Numbered from the stretch's first letter, positions 10,550-20,498 are shown. The stretch is DNA of 64,000 nucleotides from Candidatus Latescibacterota bacterium (GCA_965204375.1 OZ241986.1:2816001-2880000); one strand, 5' to 3'. Notes: a model not told the origin generated them from the letters alone. Numbers and translations are program-made.

Positions 10550-12262
10550 ATGTCTTCTCCCAATGTAGTCTTTGTAATTACCGATGATCAGGGCTATGGC
10601 GACCTTGGATGTCACGGCAATGACATCATCCAGACGCCCAACCTCGACAAGCTTTACACCGAAAGCGTGCGATTTACCAATTATCACGTCGGTCCCACCT
10701 GCGCGCCCACCCGAGCGGGCATCATGACGGGACGCTATTGCAACTGCACAGGTGTATGGCACACCATTGCGGGACGCTCGCTATTGCGCAAAGACGAAAC
10801 CACCATCGCCGACTTTTTCAAAGCAGCGGGATATCGCACCGGCATGTTTGGCAAATGGCATCTCGGCGACAACTATCCATTTCACCCACATAACCGGGGC
10901 TTTGACACGGTCGTTTACCACGGCGGCGGCGGCGTACACCAGACCCCTGACTACTGGGGCAATACCTATTTCAATGACACGTACTTCCGCAACGGCGTAC
11001 CTGAAAAATTCAGAGGCTACTGCACGGACATCTGGTTTGACGAAGCCAAAAAATTCATTGAAGACTGTGGCGACACGCCCTTCTTCTGCTATATCCCCAC
11101 CAACGCGCCGCACGGTCCCTTCAACATAGCCGATCACTACCGCGAACTCTATAATAGCGATGGCTTACCCGGCCAGCGCGACCGCTTTTACGGCATGATC
11201 ACCAACATCGACGAAAACGTCGGCCTCATGCGCGACTTCCTCCGCGAAAAGGGATTGGAAGAAAACACCATCTTCATCTTCATGACCGACAACGGCACGG
11301 CCAACGGCTGCAACCTCGACGGCAATGCCTATGTCACAGATGGTTTCAACGCTGGCATGCGCGGGAAAAAAGGCTCGGAATACGAAGGCGGACATCGCGT
11401 GCCCTTCTTCTTTCACTGGCCCGCGGGGGGATACACCAGCGGACGGAACATCGACACCCTCATTGCCAACATCGACTTCTTGCCCACCCTCTGCGACCTC
11501 TGTGATGTGCCCATCTCCGACGAAGCCCTCGAACGCATCAACGGCACCAGCGTCAAACCCCTCCTCGAAGGCACGGACAACTGGCCCGACCGCACAATCG
11601 TCACAGACTCACAGCGCGTGGAAAACCCCATCAAATGGCGCAAATGCGCGACCATGACACAGCGATGGCGACTCGTCAACGGCGAAGAACTCTACGACAT
11701 GGACACCGACCGCGAACAACGCCACAATGTCGCAGAACAACACCCCGATGTCATCGCCGAACTGCGCCAACACTACGAAGACTGGTGGACACTCGTCTCC
11801 GAACGCTTTGGCGAAGACGTACCCATCATCGTCGGCTCCGAAAGTGAACCCGTCTCTGTGATCACAACCCACGACTGGCACAACGAAAACAGCGATTGCG
11901 CCTGGAATCAGGCTGCGATTCGCCGCGGAATGGAATGCAATGGCCGCTGGGCAATTGACGTGTCTGAATCAGGTGATTACACCTTTGAACTGCGCCGATG
12001 GCCCCGCGAAGAAGACCGCGCCATCACCGAAGGCATCCCCGGCAAACTCACGCCCTACTACGGCGGCAACGCAATTCCCGTCAGCACCGCCCGCATCAAA
12101 GTCGCAGGAGAAGAACAAGCGCAATCCATCGGCCCAGAAGACAAAGGCATCGCCTTTACCTACACCCTCCAGGCTGGGGAAACAAGCCTCGAAACCGAAC
12201 TCACCGATGGAAATGGCATTTCATTGGGGGCGTATTACGTGTATGTGGAAAGGGTGGAATAA
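10550..12262 (+). CDS. Arylsulfatase (Cys-type) with C-terminal beta extension
   Basis: PNVVFVITDDQGYGD, CAPTR, GKWHLG, TDNG, RGKKGSEYEGGHRVP. Confidence 0.93.
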   Translation: MSSPNVVFVITDDQGYGDLGCHGNDIIQTPNLDKLYTESVRFTNYHVGPTCAPTRAGIMTGRYCNCTGVWHTIAGRSLLRKDETTIADFFKAAGYRTGMFGKWHLGDNYPFHPHNRGFDTVVYHGGGGVHQTPDYWGNTYFNDTYFRNGVPEKFRGYCTDIWFDEAKKFIEDCGDTPFFCYIPTNAPHGPFNIADHYRELYNSDGLPGQRDRFYGMITNIDENVGLMRDFLREKGLEENTIFIFMTDNGTANGCNLDGNAYVTDGFNAGMRGKKGSEYEGGHRVPFFFHWPAGGYTSGRNIDTLIANIDFLPTLCDLCDVPISDEALERINGTSVKPLLEGTDNWPDRTIVTDSQRVENPIKWRKCATMTQRWRLVNGEELYDMDTDREQRHNVAEQHPDVIAELRQHYEDWWTLVSERFGEDVPIIVGSESEPVSVITTHDWHNENSDCAWNQAAIRRGMECNGRWAIDVSESGDYTFELRRWPREEDRAITEGIPGKLTPYYGGNAIPVSTARIKVAGEEQAQSIGPEDKGIAFTYTLQAGETSLETELTDGNGISLGAYYVYVERVE

Positions 12263-12321
12263 AGCGAGGGACTGGGGACTGATTGAGAGGACATCTCACC
12301 TCTCACCTATAAAAAAAAACA

Positions 12322-12735
12322 ATGGGCAAAGGATTGTTACTCATCTTCGCGCTTTTCTTCGCGAATTCATCTTCATGGGGTGCGGAATCTCAGCCCGATT
12401 CTCTCTCATCGGACCACCGCGTGCGCGGTGCGGTATTGCGGTCTATCGCACTGCCAGGATGGGGACAATTTTACAATGGCAAGCGCGTAAAAGGCAGTAT
12501 AATTGCAACCGCAGAAGTAGCTTCGGCCATCGCATGGGTAGTGCGTCGCAAACAAATCAAAGATCGGGGCACTCAGGAGCGGAACCTGTACCTCTTCTCA
12601 ACCATCGGGATTGTCCTCTACAGCGTGGGAGATGCTTATGTGGATGCCCATCTCAGCCGAGTAGATTGGGCTGAAGTGGAGGCGGGTATCGATGAAAATG
12701 GCACAGCAAAATTTCGACTAAAACTTAAGTTTTGA
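12322..12735 (+). CDS. DUF5683-like membrane/exported protein
   Basis: Signal-peptide-like N-terminus, AVLRSIALPGWGQFYN, DAYVDAHL. Confidence 0.75.
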   Translation: MGKGLLLIFALFFANSSSWGAESQPDSLSSDHRVRGAVLRSIALPGWGQFYNGKRVKGSIIATAEVASAIAWVVRRKQIKDRGTQERNLYLFSTIGIVLYSVGDAYVDAHLSRVDWAEVEAGIDENGTAKFRLKLKF

Positions 12736-12742
12736 TAGTGTT

Positions 12743-13714
12743 TTAGACATACCGAATATTCTTCCCCAGCGTCGCCACCATCTCACCACTTGATACCATC
12801 GGCAACAAATTTTCCGACCAGAAAATCGACTCTTCTGGCGCGCGCAATGTCTCGAGCACATTGCCAAATGGATCGGTAATATCTGCAACGGGATCGCCCT
12901 TTTGCAAATGATCGTAGTGCTGCGCGTGAAACTCTATAAATCCACCCCGATTGGCTAACACCGTCAAAAACCCATCCACCACCACCTGCTTCCTGGGTAT
13001 AAACGGCTCGCCCGGTATAACCCCGTAATACTTCAACACATTCTCGACACCCGTAATACCCTTTTGAATGCTCTCTCTATCCCAGCCGATGCACCCACCG
13101 AGTTCGGGATCAATCGTCGGAATCCCCTCATCGGGCGCAGAACGCGCGAGTTGACCTTCGGGACCGCGCTGATCGAGAATATAGCCAATGCCAAACACCT
13201 GAGCCATCTCCATACACGCGCGATGAATGCGCTTGCGCCGATCCACCCGCACGCGCACCTCGTCAATCATCGGTCGGCGCCCCCCCTGGTGCAAATCAAC
13301 ACAATAATCGGACTGCAACACCGCATTGTGAAATAACCGATAGGCAATGCGCTCGCTCGACGTACCATCTTTGCGCCCTGGAAAACACCGATTCATCTTT
13401 TTTTCATCAATCGGACTAAATGCCTGATGCGCGTGAAACGCATGGAAATTGACAATCAACACCGCAATAACCCGCCCGCTCATCACAGTCGGATCCAGCC
13501 GCTTCAACACCTGTCGAATCACACTAATACCATTTAACTCATCCCCATCGCTAATCGCCTGCAAATAAATCGTCGGTCCTTCCTCAGCACCATTGACCAG
13601 GGATACCGGAACGCGCGCAGGCGACCCATCCTGCATCTCAGCCACCTTCAAATAGCCATCCGTGCGCTGTCCAGACTCAGCCCGAAGATGTTCAACGCGA
13701 AGCAACTCACCCAT
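12743..13714 (-). CDS. Succinylglutamate desuccinylase/aspartoacylase-family protein
   Basis: DGDELNG, MNRCFPG..DG..SER, VDLH, C-terminal biotin/lipoyl-like region (GDPVADITDPFG). Confidence 0.85.
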   Translation of the reverse strand: MGELLRVEHLRAESGQRTDGYLKVAEMQDGSPARVPVSLVNGAEEGPTIYLQAISDGDELNGISVIRQVLKRLDPTVMSGRVIAVLIVNFHAFHAHQAFSPIDEKKMNRCFPGRKDGTSSERIAYRLFHNAVLQSDYCVDLHQGGRRPMIDEVRVRVDRRKRIHRACMEMAQVFGIGYILDQRGPEGQLARSAPDEGIPTIDPELGGCIGWDRESIQKGITGVENVLKYYGVIPGEPFIPRKQVVVDGFLTVLANRGGFIEFHAQHYDHLQKGDPVADITDPFGNVLETLRAPEESIFWSENLLPMVSSGEMVATLGKNIRYV

Positions 13715-13826
13715 AATAATTACCGCTCCTTAAAAAAGCCGAATATCTCTTTATTTTTTCGTGTTAAAAAAACAGGTGAAACCATGTGATGTCAACCAAA
13801 AAGAACCTGATATTTTTTATTTAAAT

Positions 13827-13855
13827 TTGACAACTGTCATGTGACGCATTACATT
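13827..13855 (+). promoter_or_regulatory. Sigma70-type promoter of higBA with an operator-like palindrome
   Basis: TTGACA(13827)-17 nt-TACATT(13850). GTCA-tg-TGAC palindrome in the spacer. ATG lies 6 nt after the -10. Confidence 0.75.
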
Positions 13856-13861
13856 AAAATT

Positions 13862-14143
13862 ATGATACGCACCTTTGCCAATAGAGAAACTCAGGAACTC
13901 TTCACTAAAGGACAATCACGACGTTTACCACCCGATATAATTAGAAGAGCCATTCGCCGTCTGGAATACATCGATCTGGCCGATACCCTGGACGATTTAA
14001 AGATACCGCCGAGCAACCGTCTTCATGCCTTAAAAGGAAACAGAAGAGGACAACATTCTATTTCCATTAACACACAATGGCGAATCTGTTTTCGATTCAT
14101 TGATGGCGATGCTTATGATGTCGAAATCACTGACTATCATTAG
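13862..14143 (+). CDS. higB: HigB (RelE-superfamily, plasmid-maintenance killer) toxin
   Basis: MIRTFA..ET..LF, DLKIPPSNRLHALKGNRRGQHSISINTQWRICFRF..GDAYDVEITDYH. Confidence 0.92.
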   Translation: MIRTFANRETQELFTKGQSRRLPPDIIRRAIRRLEYIDLADTLDDLKIPPSNRLHALKGNRRGQHSISINTQWRICFRFIDGDAYDVEITDYH

Positions 14144-14154
14144 GAGAAACCAAA

Positions 14155-14472
14155 ATGTCCATACCGAACATCCCCAAACGTGAAATCCCACCAACACATC
14201 CCGGCGAGATGCTCCGAGAAGATTTCATGCCCGATTATCATTTGACCCCGACCTCACTCGCTTCTGCTCTGGGCGTTTCGCGTCAAACGGTTCATGACTT
14301 ATTAAAAGAAAAACGCGCTGTCACTCCTCTCATGGCCCTTCGATTATCCCGTCTATTTGGCAATTCCCCAGAATTTTGGTCGCGGGCACAGCAGGCAAGA
14401 AACCTGTGGGAATCTGAACAACAATATCTCAATGATCTCGATCACATTCATCCGCTTACACCGCAGTATTAA
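14155..14472 (+). CDS. higA: HigA (VapI-type HTH) antitoxin
   Basis: PTHPGEMLREDF, HTH, MALRLSRLFGNSPEFW. AGGAG RBS. Confidence 0.92.
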   Translation: MSIPNIPKREIPPTHPGEMLREDFMPDYHLTPTSLASALGVSRQTVHDLLKEKRAVTPLMALRLSRLFGNSPEFWSRAQQARNLWESEQQYLNDLDHIHPLTPQY

Positions 14473-14478
14473 AAAACA

Positions 14479-14510
14479 AAAGAGCCGATCCGGAAATGGA
14501 TCGGCTCTTT
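14479..14510. terminator. Bidirectional intrinsic terminator
   Basis: aaagagccgatcc-ggaaat-ggatcggctcttt between convergent genes. Confidence 0.85.
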
Positions 14511-14538
14511 CACTTATGGCCTCAATAATAGGTCCTCT

Positions 14539-15285
14539 CTAACCCTCATCATAATCAGTCAATGGACGGATCCAGATATTCCGATAGCGCACGGGATCGC
14601 CGTGATCTTGCAGCATCAACGGCCCGGTAGGCCCGTGCGGCGTGTCATAATTCGACACATTTCTATGCCCGGTCGGTCCCATAGCCTCTTTGCGATTGTG
14701 CAGCACAACACCATTCAAAAACACCGTCAAATACGCGGGCTTCACCAGTGAATCGCCATCGTATTCCGGTGCTTCAAAAACAATATCATAAGCCTGCCAC
14801 TCACCCGGCGGGCGCGTCGGATTTACCAGCGGCGGATACTGACTGTAAATCGCACCCGTCGTACCATCGGAATACGTCGAATTGTCATATCCATCCAGCA
14901 CCTGCACCTCGTATTTCCCGATCAAAAACACACCGCTATTTCCCCGCCCCTGACTGCTGCCGCGCACTTCTGACGGACAGGCAAATTCTATGTGCAACTG
15001 TGCGCTCCCAAACTCATCTTTTGTCCGGATATTCCCCGTGCGGGGATTCACCTCTACATACCCATTTTCCACTGTCCAGGTCGGATCCCCACCATCGAGA
15101 CTCTGCCAACTGGACAAATCTGTACCATCAAACAGCACCACGGCATCTGATGGTGCATCACCTGCACTGCCCCCCGGCGTCACCACGCGCGGTGCTGGAC
15201 GATTCTTATCGTGAACGCGCCACGGTTGATTGGGCAACATCGGCGTATCGTCATACCCTACCGGCGTGTGTTTTTCTGCTGCCAT
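14539..15285 (-). CDS. DUF1080 / 3-keto-disaccharide hydrolase family protein
   Basis: PSDAVVLFDGTDL, GNSGVF, YEVQVLD, PGEWQAYDI, LQDHGDPVRYRNIWIR. Confidence 0.9.
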   Translation of the reverse strand: MAAEKHTPVGYDDTPMLPNQPWRVHDKNRPAPRVVTPGGSAGDAPSDAVVLFDGTDLSSWQSLDGGDPTWTVENGYVEVNPRTGNIRTKDEFGSAQLHIEFACPSEVRGSSQGRGNSGVFLIGKYEVQVLDGYDNSTYSDGTTGAIYSQYPPLVNPTRPPGEWQAYDIVFEAPEYDGDSLVKPAYLTVFLNGVVLHNRKEAMGPTGHRNVSNYDTPHGPTGPLMLQDHGDPVRYRNIWIRPLTDYDEG

Positions 15286-15377
15286 TTTGTTTCCTTTCTA
15301 AAATGAAGTGAAAATTTTATCGTAGCACTATGATCATAAAAATAAACGGATGTGTCAAGCTCACAATACAAAATGCC

Positions 15378-16145
15378 TCAGTAGTAAATACCGCTGACAT
15401 CCCATCCAAAAATAGACACATCCACCCCTCCTGCACTAATATCAACACCCTCACACGCCAGCAACGCCCGCTGATTATCCACATGCGGCGTCAAACACCC
15501 TTTTGAATCCAAAATGCGATGCAGGGGATACGCCTGTCCCGCCACGCGCCTCATATACGTGGGCAACACGCGGTAATACGAACGCGACACCCCCAGAACA
15601 TCCACAATCTGTTTATAAGTCATCACCTTCCCAAAGGGAATCTGCTTTACAACCCACAAAAATCGATCTGAGGTCCTATCGGGCACGGGATCATAACACC
15701 TGTCCAACACCCTGACCGGATCGCCTTCACAAACGACACCACCCATCAGCACCACTGCCAAAAACCCACGCCGATTCTCCAACGACTGGATCGGTTTTAC
15801 CCCCAACGTCCCGATATACTTGCACACCTCACAATGATACGTTAGCCGAACAGTCACGGAATCCCCAAGTTGCAGCACCGAACCCGACGGCAAATCGTCC
15901 AGCGGCAACCCCGCGACAACGACATTCTCCCGCAAATCACCCGGCTGAAACTTGAACTCGTGCAGAGTCTTCATAGCAACCAACAGCACCTGCCGCGGAC
16001 CAACACCACCTGCATTCGCATCGCCTTCAATGCCAAAACGAGCGCGCAGTAAAAATTTACCATCACGAGGCTTTGACAAAGGCAGCCCCTTCTCTGCCTT
16101 AACAAAAAGAGAAATAACACGCCCTTGTGTATCTGTTTTTTCCAT
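15378..16145 (-). CDS. MOSC domain fused to an MGMT/ATL-type DNA-binding domain
   Basis: N-terminal GIEGDAN...RQVLL...RENVV...CEVC...RGFLAVVLMGG (MOSC). C-terminal QIPFGKVMTYKQI...YPLHRILDSKG...QRALLACEGV (alkyltransferase-like). Confidence 0.78.
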   Translation of the reverse strand: MEKTDTQGRVISLFVKAEKGLPLSKPRDGKFLLRARFGIEGDANAGGVGPRQVLLVAMKTLHEFKFQPGDLRENVVVAGLPLDDLPSGSVLQLGDSVTVRLTYHCEVCKYIGTLGVKPIQSLENRRGFLAVVLMGGVVCEGDPVRVLDRCYDPVPDRTSDRFLWVVKQIPFGKVMTYKQIVDVLGVSRSYYRVLPTYMRRVAGQAYPLHRILDSKGCLTPHVDNQRALLACEGVDISAGGVDVSIFGWDVSGIYY

Positions 16146-16147
16146 TC

Positions 16148-16810
16148 CTACCCCACCATCCATCCCCCCGCGACCCGTGCCAATTCTTCCATCACGGGTT
16201 CATCTGTATTTCGCCGCTTCAGAATCTTAAATCCGTGATCCGCGGTATCCACCACATGAAGCATCGCATTCTCCAGATTATCCACCACCGGTTGCAACAG
16301 ATCTAAATTTGCCATCCTATCCCGCTGACCCGATAAAAACAACATCGGCACGCGTACATCCTTCAAATGCTCGGTGCGCTCTGTATTTGGCTTACTCGAA
16401 TACAGCGGAAAAGCGAAAAACACAATACCCTTCAATCCTTCAACAGGTTCTTCGGCACAAGCCATCGACACTATCCTCCCGCTCATCGAATGTCCGCCGG
16501 CAAAAACTGGCAACCCGCGCGCCTGCTTCATCCCCATCTCTATAGCCTTACGCACCGTCGCCAACCGCACCTTCTCGCCATCCATACCACCACCCCTCTC
16601 GGAATAGGGATAATTAAAGCGAAAAGTCGCAATCCCCACCTCGTTCAACGCATCGCTCAGTTCCTGCATAAAGAGATGCCGCATATTCGTACCCGACCCG
16701 TGACCCAACACAAACAACGCCTTTGCCCCACGCGGTCGCGCGTACAAAGCCGACACCTCGCCCTTTTCTTCAGTCGCAATAAATTTCAACTCTCTGGATT
16801 CAACAGCCAT
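16148..16810 (-). CDS. Alpha/beta hydrolase (KANL3/Tex30-like)
   Basis: LGHGSG, FRFNYPY, GGHSMSGR nucleophile elbow, G.RD, ADHGF. Confidence 0.85.
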   Translation of the reverse strand: MAVESRELKFIATEEKGEVSALYARPRGAKALFVLGHGSGTNMRHLFMQELSDALNEVGIATFRFNYPYSERGGGMDGEKVRLATVRKAIEMGMKQARGLPVFAGGHSMSGRIVSMACAEEPVEGLKGIVFFAFPLYSSKPNTERTEHLKDVRVPMLFLSGQRDRMANLDLLQPVVDNLENAMLHVVDTADHGFKILKRRNTDEPVMEELARVAGGWMVG

Positions 16811-17296
16811 TTATGTCTCCTCTTTCACCCAGGTAATATGAGAAGCGCGCGGCGTAGCACAAAGCGGTCCGCCAAGATCATCTGTCAACTTTAGCTTTAC
16901 AACAATGGGATCACCCGACTCAAGTGCCCGATTAACCTGCGCCCAATCGAGATGTCCAAGGCGTATTTTGAGCCTCCGAAACATCTCAAAATCACCCGAG
17001 TCTCGCACCACACCCCAGGAAAGATAAAAAAAGCGATCTGCGGGCCTGCCCTGTGCATAAGGACCCAAAAAATTGGGCGCACCATCGGGTTTCTCACCAA
17101 CCCTGAACTCGGGATAAAATACAACCTCACGACGATCTGCGGGAACCTGTTCAATAACCTCTTTGTCACGCTGTATGCCGAGATAAACAGGCTCTTTAAC
17201 CTCGGGATCGTGACCGTATGGGTCTTCAAAACGCGTACCGGGCAATTCAGTACAAATCACTTTTAGTTTCAAGTATGTGTCAGTTATTCCTGGCAT
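16811..17296 (-). CDS. DUF5990-like protein
   Basis: GPYAQGRPADRFFYLSWG, MFRRLKIRL, LTDDLGGPLCA. Confidence 0.75.
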   Translation of the reverse strand: MPGITDTYLKLKVICTELPGTRFEDPYGHDPEVKEPVYLGIQRDKEVIEQVPADRREVVFYPEFRVGEKPDGAPNFLGPYAQGRPADRFFYLSWGVVRDSGDFEMFRRLKIRLGHLDWAQVNRALESGDPIVVKLKLTDDLGGPLCATPRASHITWVKEET

Positions 17297-17319
17297 GGGA
17301 CCACCCGCATTATCTGAAA

Positions 17320-17646
17320 TTAGAAAACAGCGACCTGGATATATCCATCTTTCTGATTTTTGGGTTTCTGCTTTACAGTTAAGGTAACGTTTTGATCGAG
17401 CTTAGTGAGCCAGCTCATCAAACGATCAAAGGTAAATCGTCGAAGTTCACGTCCCCGTTTCAGTTTTGAAATGTAAGACTGATCGGTGCCGAGAATTTGA
17501 GCTGCTTCAATTTGTGTTAGCCTTCGATCCTCTATAAGTCTGAGAATGGCAACTGCGAGTTTAGCTTTTGCCTGCATACCATCTGCATCCTCAACATTGA
17601 GATCAGCAAAAATATTGCTGCTACTTTTTTCGATTGTATTTGCCAT
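17320..17646 (-). CDS. XRE-HTH antitoxin (HigA2-like)
   Basis: SSSNIFADL, LTQIEAAQILGTDQSYISKL, FTFDRLM. AAGGAG RBS. Confidence 0.88.
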   Translation of the reverse strand: MANTIEKSSSNIFADLNVEDADGMQAKAKLAVAILRLIEDRRLTQIEAAQILGTDQSYISKLKRGRELRRFTFDRLMSWLTKLDQNVTLTVKQKPKNQKDGYIQVAVF

Positions 17647-17649
17647 CGT

Positions 17650-18003
17650 TTATACTCCTTTGTGATATGCTCGTACCTGACGCAGGCGCTGCCGAATCAC
17701 ATCCATATCTTCTTTTGATGTGCGAATGCCGCGTTTGGATTTTTTCTTAAAACAGTGCAAGACATAGATGGCATCTCCCAAATTCGCTACATAAACTGCT
17801 CGATAGGTGTCTTTATTATACCGCTCGACAAGCTCCATAACACCTGACAGACCTGTAAGGGATTTCGATGTTGTCGGGGTCATGCCACATTGTACTTGAT
17901 ACAGGTCAAAGCCCACATCATCTCGTACTGGCTTTGGAAACTTTCTCAGATCAGATCGAGCACTGCCGATAAAATACACAGATTTTAAGATTTCATTTTC
18001 CAT
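17650..18003 (-). CDS. RelE/Gp49-like (HigB2-type) toxin
   Basis: FIGSARSDLRKFP, GVMEL, TYRAVYVA..GDAIYVLHCFKKKS..GI.T. Confidence 0.9.
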   Translation of the reverse strand: MENEILKSVYFIGSARSDLRKFPKPVRDDVGFDLYQVQCGMTPTTSKSLTGLSGVMELVERYNKDTYRAVYVANLGDAIYVLHCFKKKSKRGIRTSKEDMDVIRQRLRQVRAYHKGV

Positions 18004-18008
18004 ATTTA

Positions 18009-18037
18009 ATTATGGCCTAAAAGACATAAAATTGCAA
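18009..18037 (-). promoter_or_regulatory. Sigma70-type promoter of the TA module, abutting the start codon
   Basis: Minus strand reads TTGCAA-17 nt-CATAAT-5 nt-ATG. Confidence 0.7.
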
Positions 18038-18115
18038 GTAATAAAAGAGCTATTTTGCCGTTTCTTGTAGGCAAAGACCATCTCACAGTTTATGCTTTCC
18101 GCACAATTTCAAAAC

Positions 18116-18144
18116 TTGCATCAAATGATAGAACTGCGTATAGT
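18116..18144 (+). promoter_or_regulatory. Sigma70-type promoter of the sulfatase-PhyH pair
   Basis: TTGCAT-17 nt-TATAGT upstream of AAGGAG and ATG 18197. Confidence 0.6.
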
Positions 18145-18196
18145 GTGTATCTAAAAATTTCGGAGTAGGCTCAGTGCAATCATTGAAAGGAGACGC

Positions 18197-19555
18197 ATGC
18201 AACCCAACATCATCTTGATCAACTGCGACGACCTCGGCTATGGTGACCTCGGCAGTTACGGCTCTAAAATCAACAAAACGCCAGCGCTCGACAAAATGGC
18301 TGCAGAAGGCATAAAATTCACCGACTTCTACATGGCATCTCCCGTGTGTTCGCCCTCTCGAGGAGCTATGCTCACGGGCTGTTATCCTCCGCGCATTGGC
18401 TTTGGCTCTTTTGACGGGCGCTGGGTCCTCTTTCCCGGCCAGGGTGTGGGCTTGAACCCCAGCGAAATCACCATCGCCAAACTCCTCAAAAACAAAGGCT
18501 ACGCCACCAAAATAGTCGGCAAATGGCACTGCGGAGACCAGCCAGAATTCCTGCCCACCCGTCGCGGATTCGACAGCTACTACGGCATCCCCTATAGCAA
18601 CGACATGGGGATACAAAAAGAAGACGACAAAAATCCACCTCTGCCCTTATTGCGCGACGAAGAAGTCATCCAGGCACAACCCGACCAGCGCGGCATCACC
18701 GAACGCTACGTCGAAGAATGCGTCCGCTTCATGCGCGACAACAAAGACCGCCGTTTCTTCCTCTACCTCGCCCACATGCACGTCCACCTGCCCCACTATC
18801 CCCCCGAAGCCTTTGTCCGCGAATCCGAAAACGGCGTATATGGCGCGGCAGTCGCCTGTATTGACTGGGCAGCCGCCGTCATCTTCGACGAACTCAAAAC
18901 TCTGGGACTCGACGACGACACCCTCGTCATCTTCACCAGCGACAACGGCTCCCGCGCCCGCGACGAAGGCGGCAGCAACAGCCCTTTGCGCGCCACCAAA
19001 GGCACCACCTGGGAAGGCGGTCAGCGCGTGCCGTGCCTCATGCGCTGGCCCGGCAAAATCCCCGCGGGCGAAGTGTGCAGCGAACTGTCACTATCCATGG
19101 ACTTTTACCCCACGCTTGCAGCCCTCGGCGGTGCAGAAGTGCCCACCGACCGCATCATCGACGGCAAAGACATCCGCCCGTTCATGTTCGCAGAAGAAGG
19201 CGCGACATCGCAACACGAATCCTTCTTTTACTACAAACGCAACAGCATCGAAGCCGTACGGAGCGGCAAATGGAAACTCCACATCCGCAAAGACGACCAG
19301 GAAATCCAGGAACTCTACGACCTCGAAGCCGACATCGGTGAGACCAATGACATAAGCGATCAACACCCCGACATCGTGCGGGATCTCAGAACGCAAATTG
19401 ACGCCTGTCGCAAAGACCTCGGAGACGATGCCGCGGGCATAACAGGCGAAAACATCCGCCCCGCTGGCCGCGTTGAAAATCCCGACACCCTCACGCATCT
19501 CGACCGCGACCATCCCTATATGATCGCTATTTACGACCTCAAAGAACGGGGGTAA
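18197..19555 (+). CDS. Arylsulfatase A-like Cys-type sulfatase
   Basis: PNIILINCDDLGYGD, CSPSR, GKWH, GIPYSND, SDNG, KGTTWEGGQRVP. Confidence 0.93.
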   Translation: MQPNIILINCDDLGYGDLGSYGSKINKTPALDKMAAEGIKFTDFYMASPVCSPSRGAMLTGCYPPRIGFGSFDGRWVLFPGQGVGLNPSEITIAKLLKNKGYATKIVGKWHCGDQPEFLPTRRGFDSYYGIPYSNDMGIQKEDDKNPPLPLLRDEEVIQAQPDQRGITERYVEECVRFMRDNKDRRFFLYLAHMHVHLPHYPPEAFVRESENGVYGAAVACIDWAAAVIFDELKTLGLDDDTLVIFTSDNGSRARDEGGSNSPLRATKGTTWEGGQRVPCLMRWPGKIPAGEVCSELSLSMDFYPTLAALGGAEVPTDRIIDGKDIRPFMFAEEGATSQHESFFYYKRNSIEAVRSGKWKLHIRKDDQEIQELYDLEADIGETNDISDQHPDIVRDLRTQIDACRKDLGDDAAGITGENIRPAGRVENPDTLTHLDRDHPYMIAIYDLKERG

Positions 19556-19556
19556 C

Positions 19557-20306
19557 ATGGACCTCACACCCGAACAAATCGCCGAGTTCAAAGCATTGGG
19601 ATATGTCCTCGTACCCAATCTAATCGATCCATCGATGTTGGACAATTGGCGCGCGCAAATTCGCGCCAAATTCGGCGATTTATCTGACCCCGCCCAGCAA
19701 AACGCCGCAGGACCGCCCCAACAACACCGCGAAGACATCACCATATTGCGAGGCTTTCGCTTTTCTCCAACAGAAACACAACTCGTCAACCAGCCCAAAG
19801 TCAAAGCCATAGTCGATCACCTGGGCGGCGGGCAATTTTGCGGAGAAGATGGCAACCTGCGCCTCCTCTTGCCCGAACCCGAATGCAAATGGCGCTTGCC
19901 AGAGCGCGGGCACATCGACGGTTATCTCGGCAAGCGGCGGGGAGCCGCTTTTCTCCTTGGATTGGCGACCTATATCTACGACGTGGACCCGCGCGGTGGT
20001 GGCACGGTCTTCTGGCCGCGCAGCCATATCAAATCATGGGAATTTCTTCGCAAACACCCCAATCACCTCAGTTGCAGCTTTAAGGACCACCCCGAATATC
20101 TCAACATGGTCAAAGATATTCAACCCGTTGAACTGCATGCAAAAGCGGGCGATGTCATCTTCTGGCACTGCAACATCCTGCACGAAACCTCTCAAAACAC
20201 CAGCAACAACATCCGCTATGGTCTTTTCGCCCGCCTGCCGCACAAAGACCAGGAGACATTCCGAGACGAAATACCCGAAGACCTCTGGAAACGCTGGCGA
20301 ATATAA
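19557..20306 (+). CDS. PhyH-family dioxygenase
   Basis: LTPEQIAEFKALGY, GHID (HxD), GGTVFWPRSH, AGDVIFWH..LH. Confidence 0.88.
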   Translation: MDLTPEQIAEFKALGYVLVPNLIDPSMLDNWRAQIRAKFGDLSDPAQQNAAGPPQQHREDITILRGFRFSPTETQLVNQPKVKAIVDHLGGGQFCGEDGNLRLLLPEPECKWRLPERGHIDGYLGKRRGAAFLLGLATYIYDVDPRGGGTVFWPRSHIKSWEFLRKHPNHLSCSFKDHPEYLNMVKDIQPVELHAKAGDVIFWHCNILHETSQNTSNNIRYGLFARLPHKDQETFRDEIPEDLWKRWRI

Positions 20307-20351
20307 GTAAGGGGAAGAGGGAGTAAGAGGTAATGGAGTTACCCCGCTTTG

Positions 20352-20460
20352 GATGCTGTTGCCGAATTCCGAATTCTGTCCATACAGAGCTTGTATCCAA
20401 GCCACAAACAGCCGTTTTTACAACTGCTAACTACCTCTCGACTAATTCGGCAACAGCATC
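20352..20460. mobile_element. MITE-like element (109 bp) with perfect 17-bp terminal inverted repeats
   Basis: gatgctgttgccgaatt (20352-20368) and aattcggcaacagcatc (20444-20460), with no coding capacity between them. Confidence 0.75.
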
Positions 20461-20498
20461 GTTTCTATGGACAGATTCCGCTATTCAGCCTACTACTT

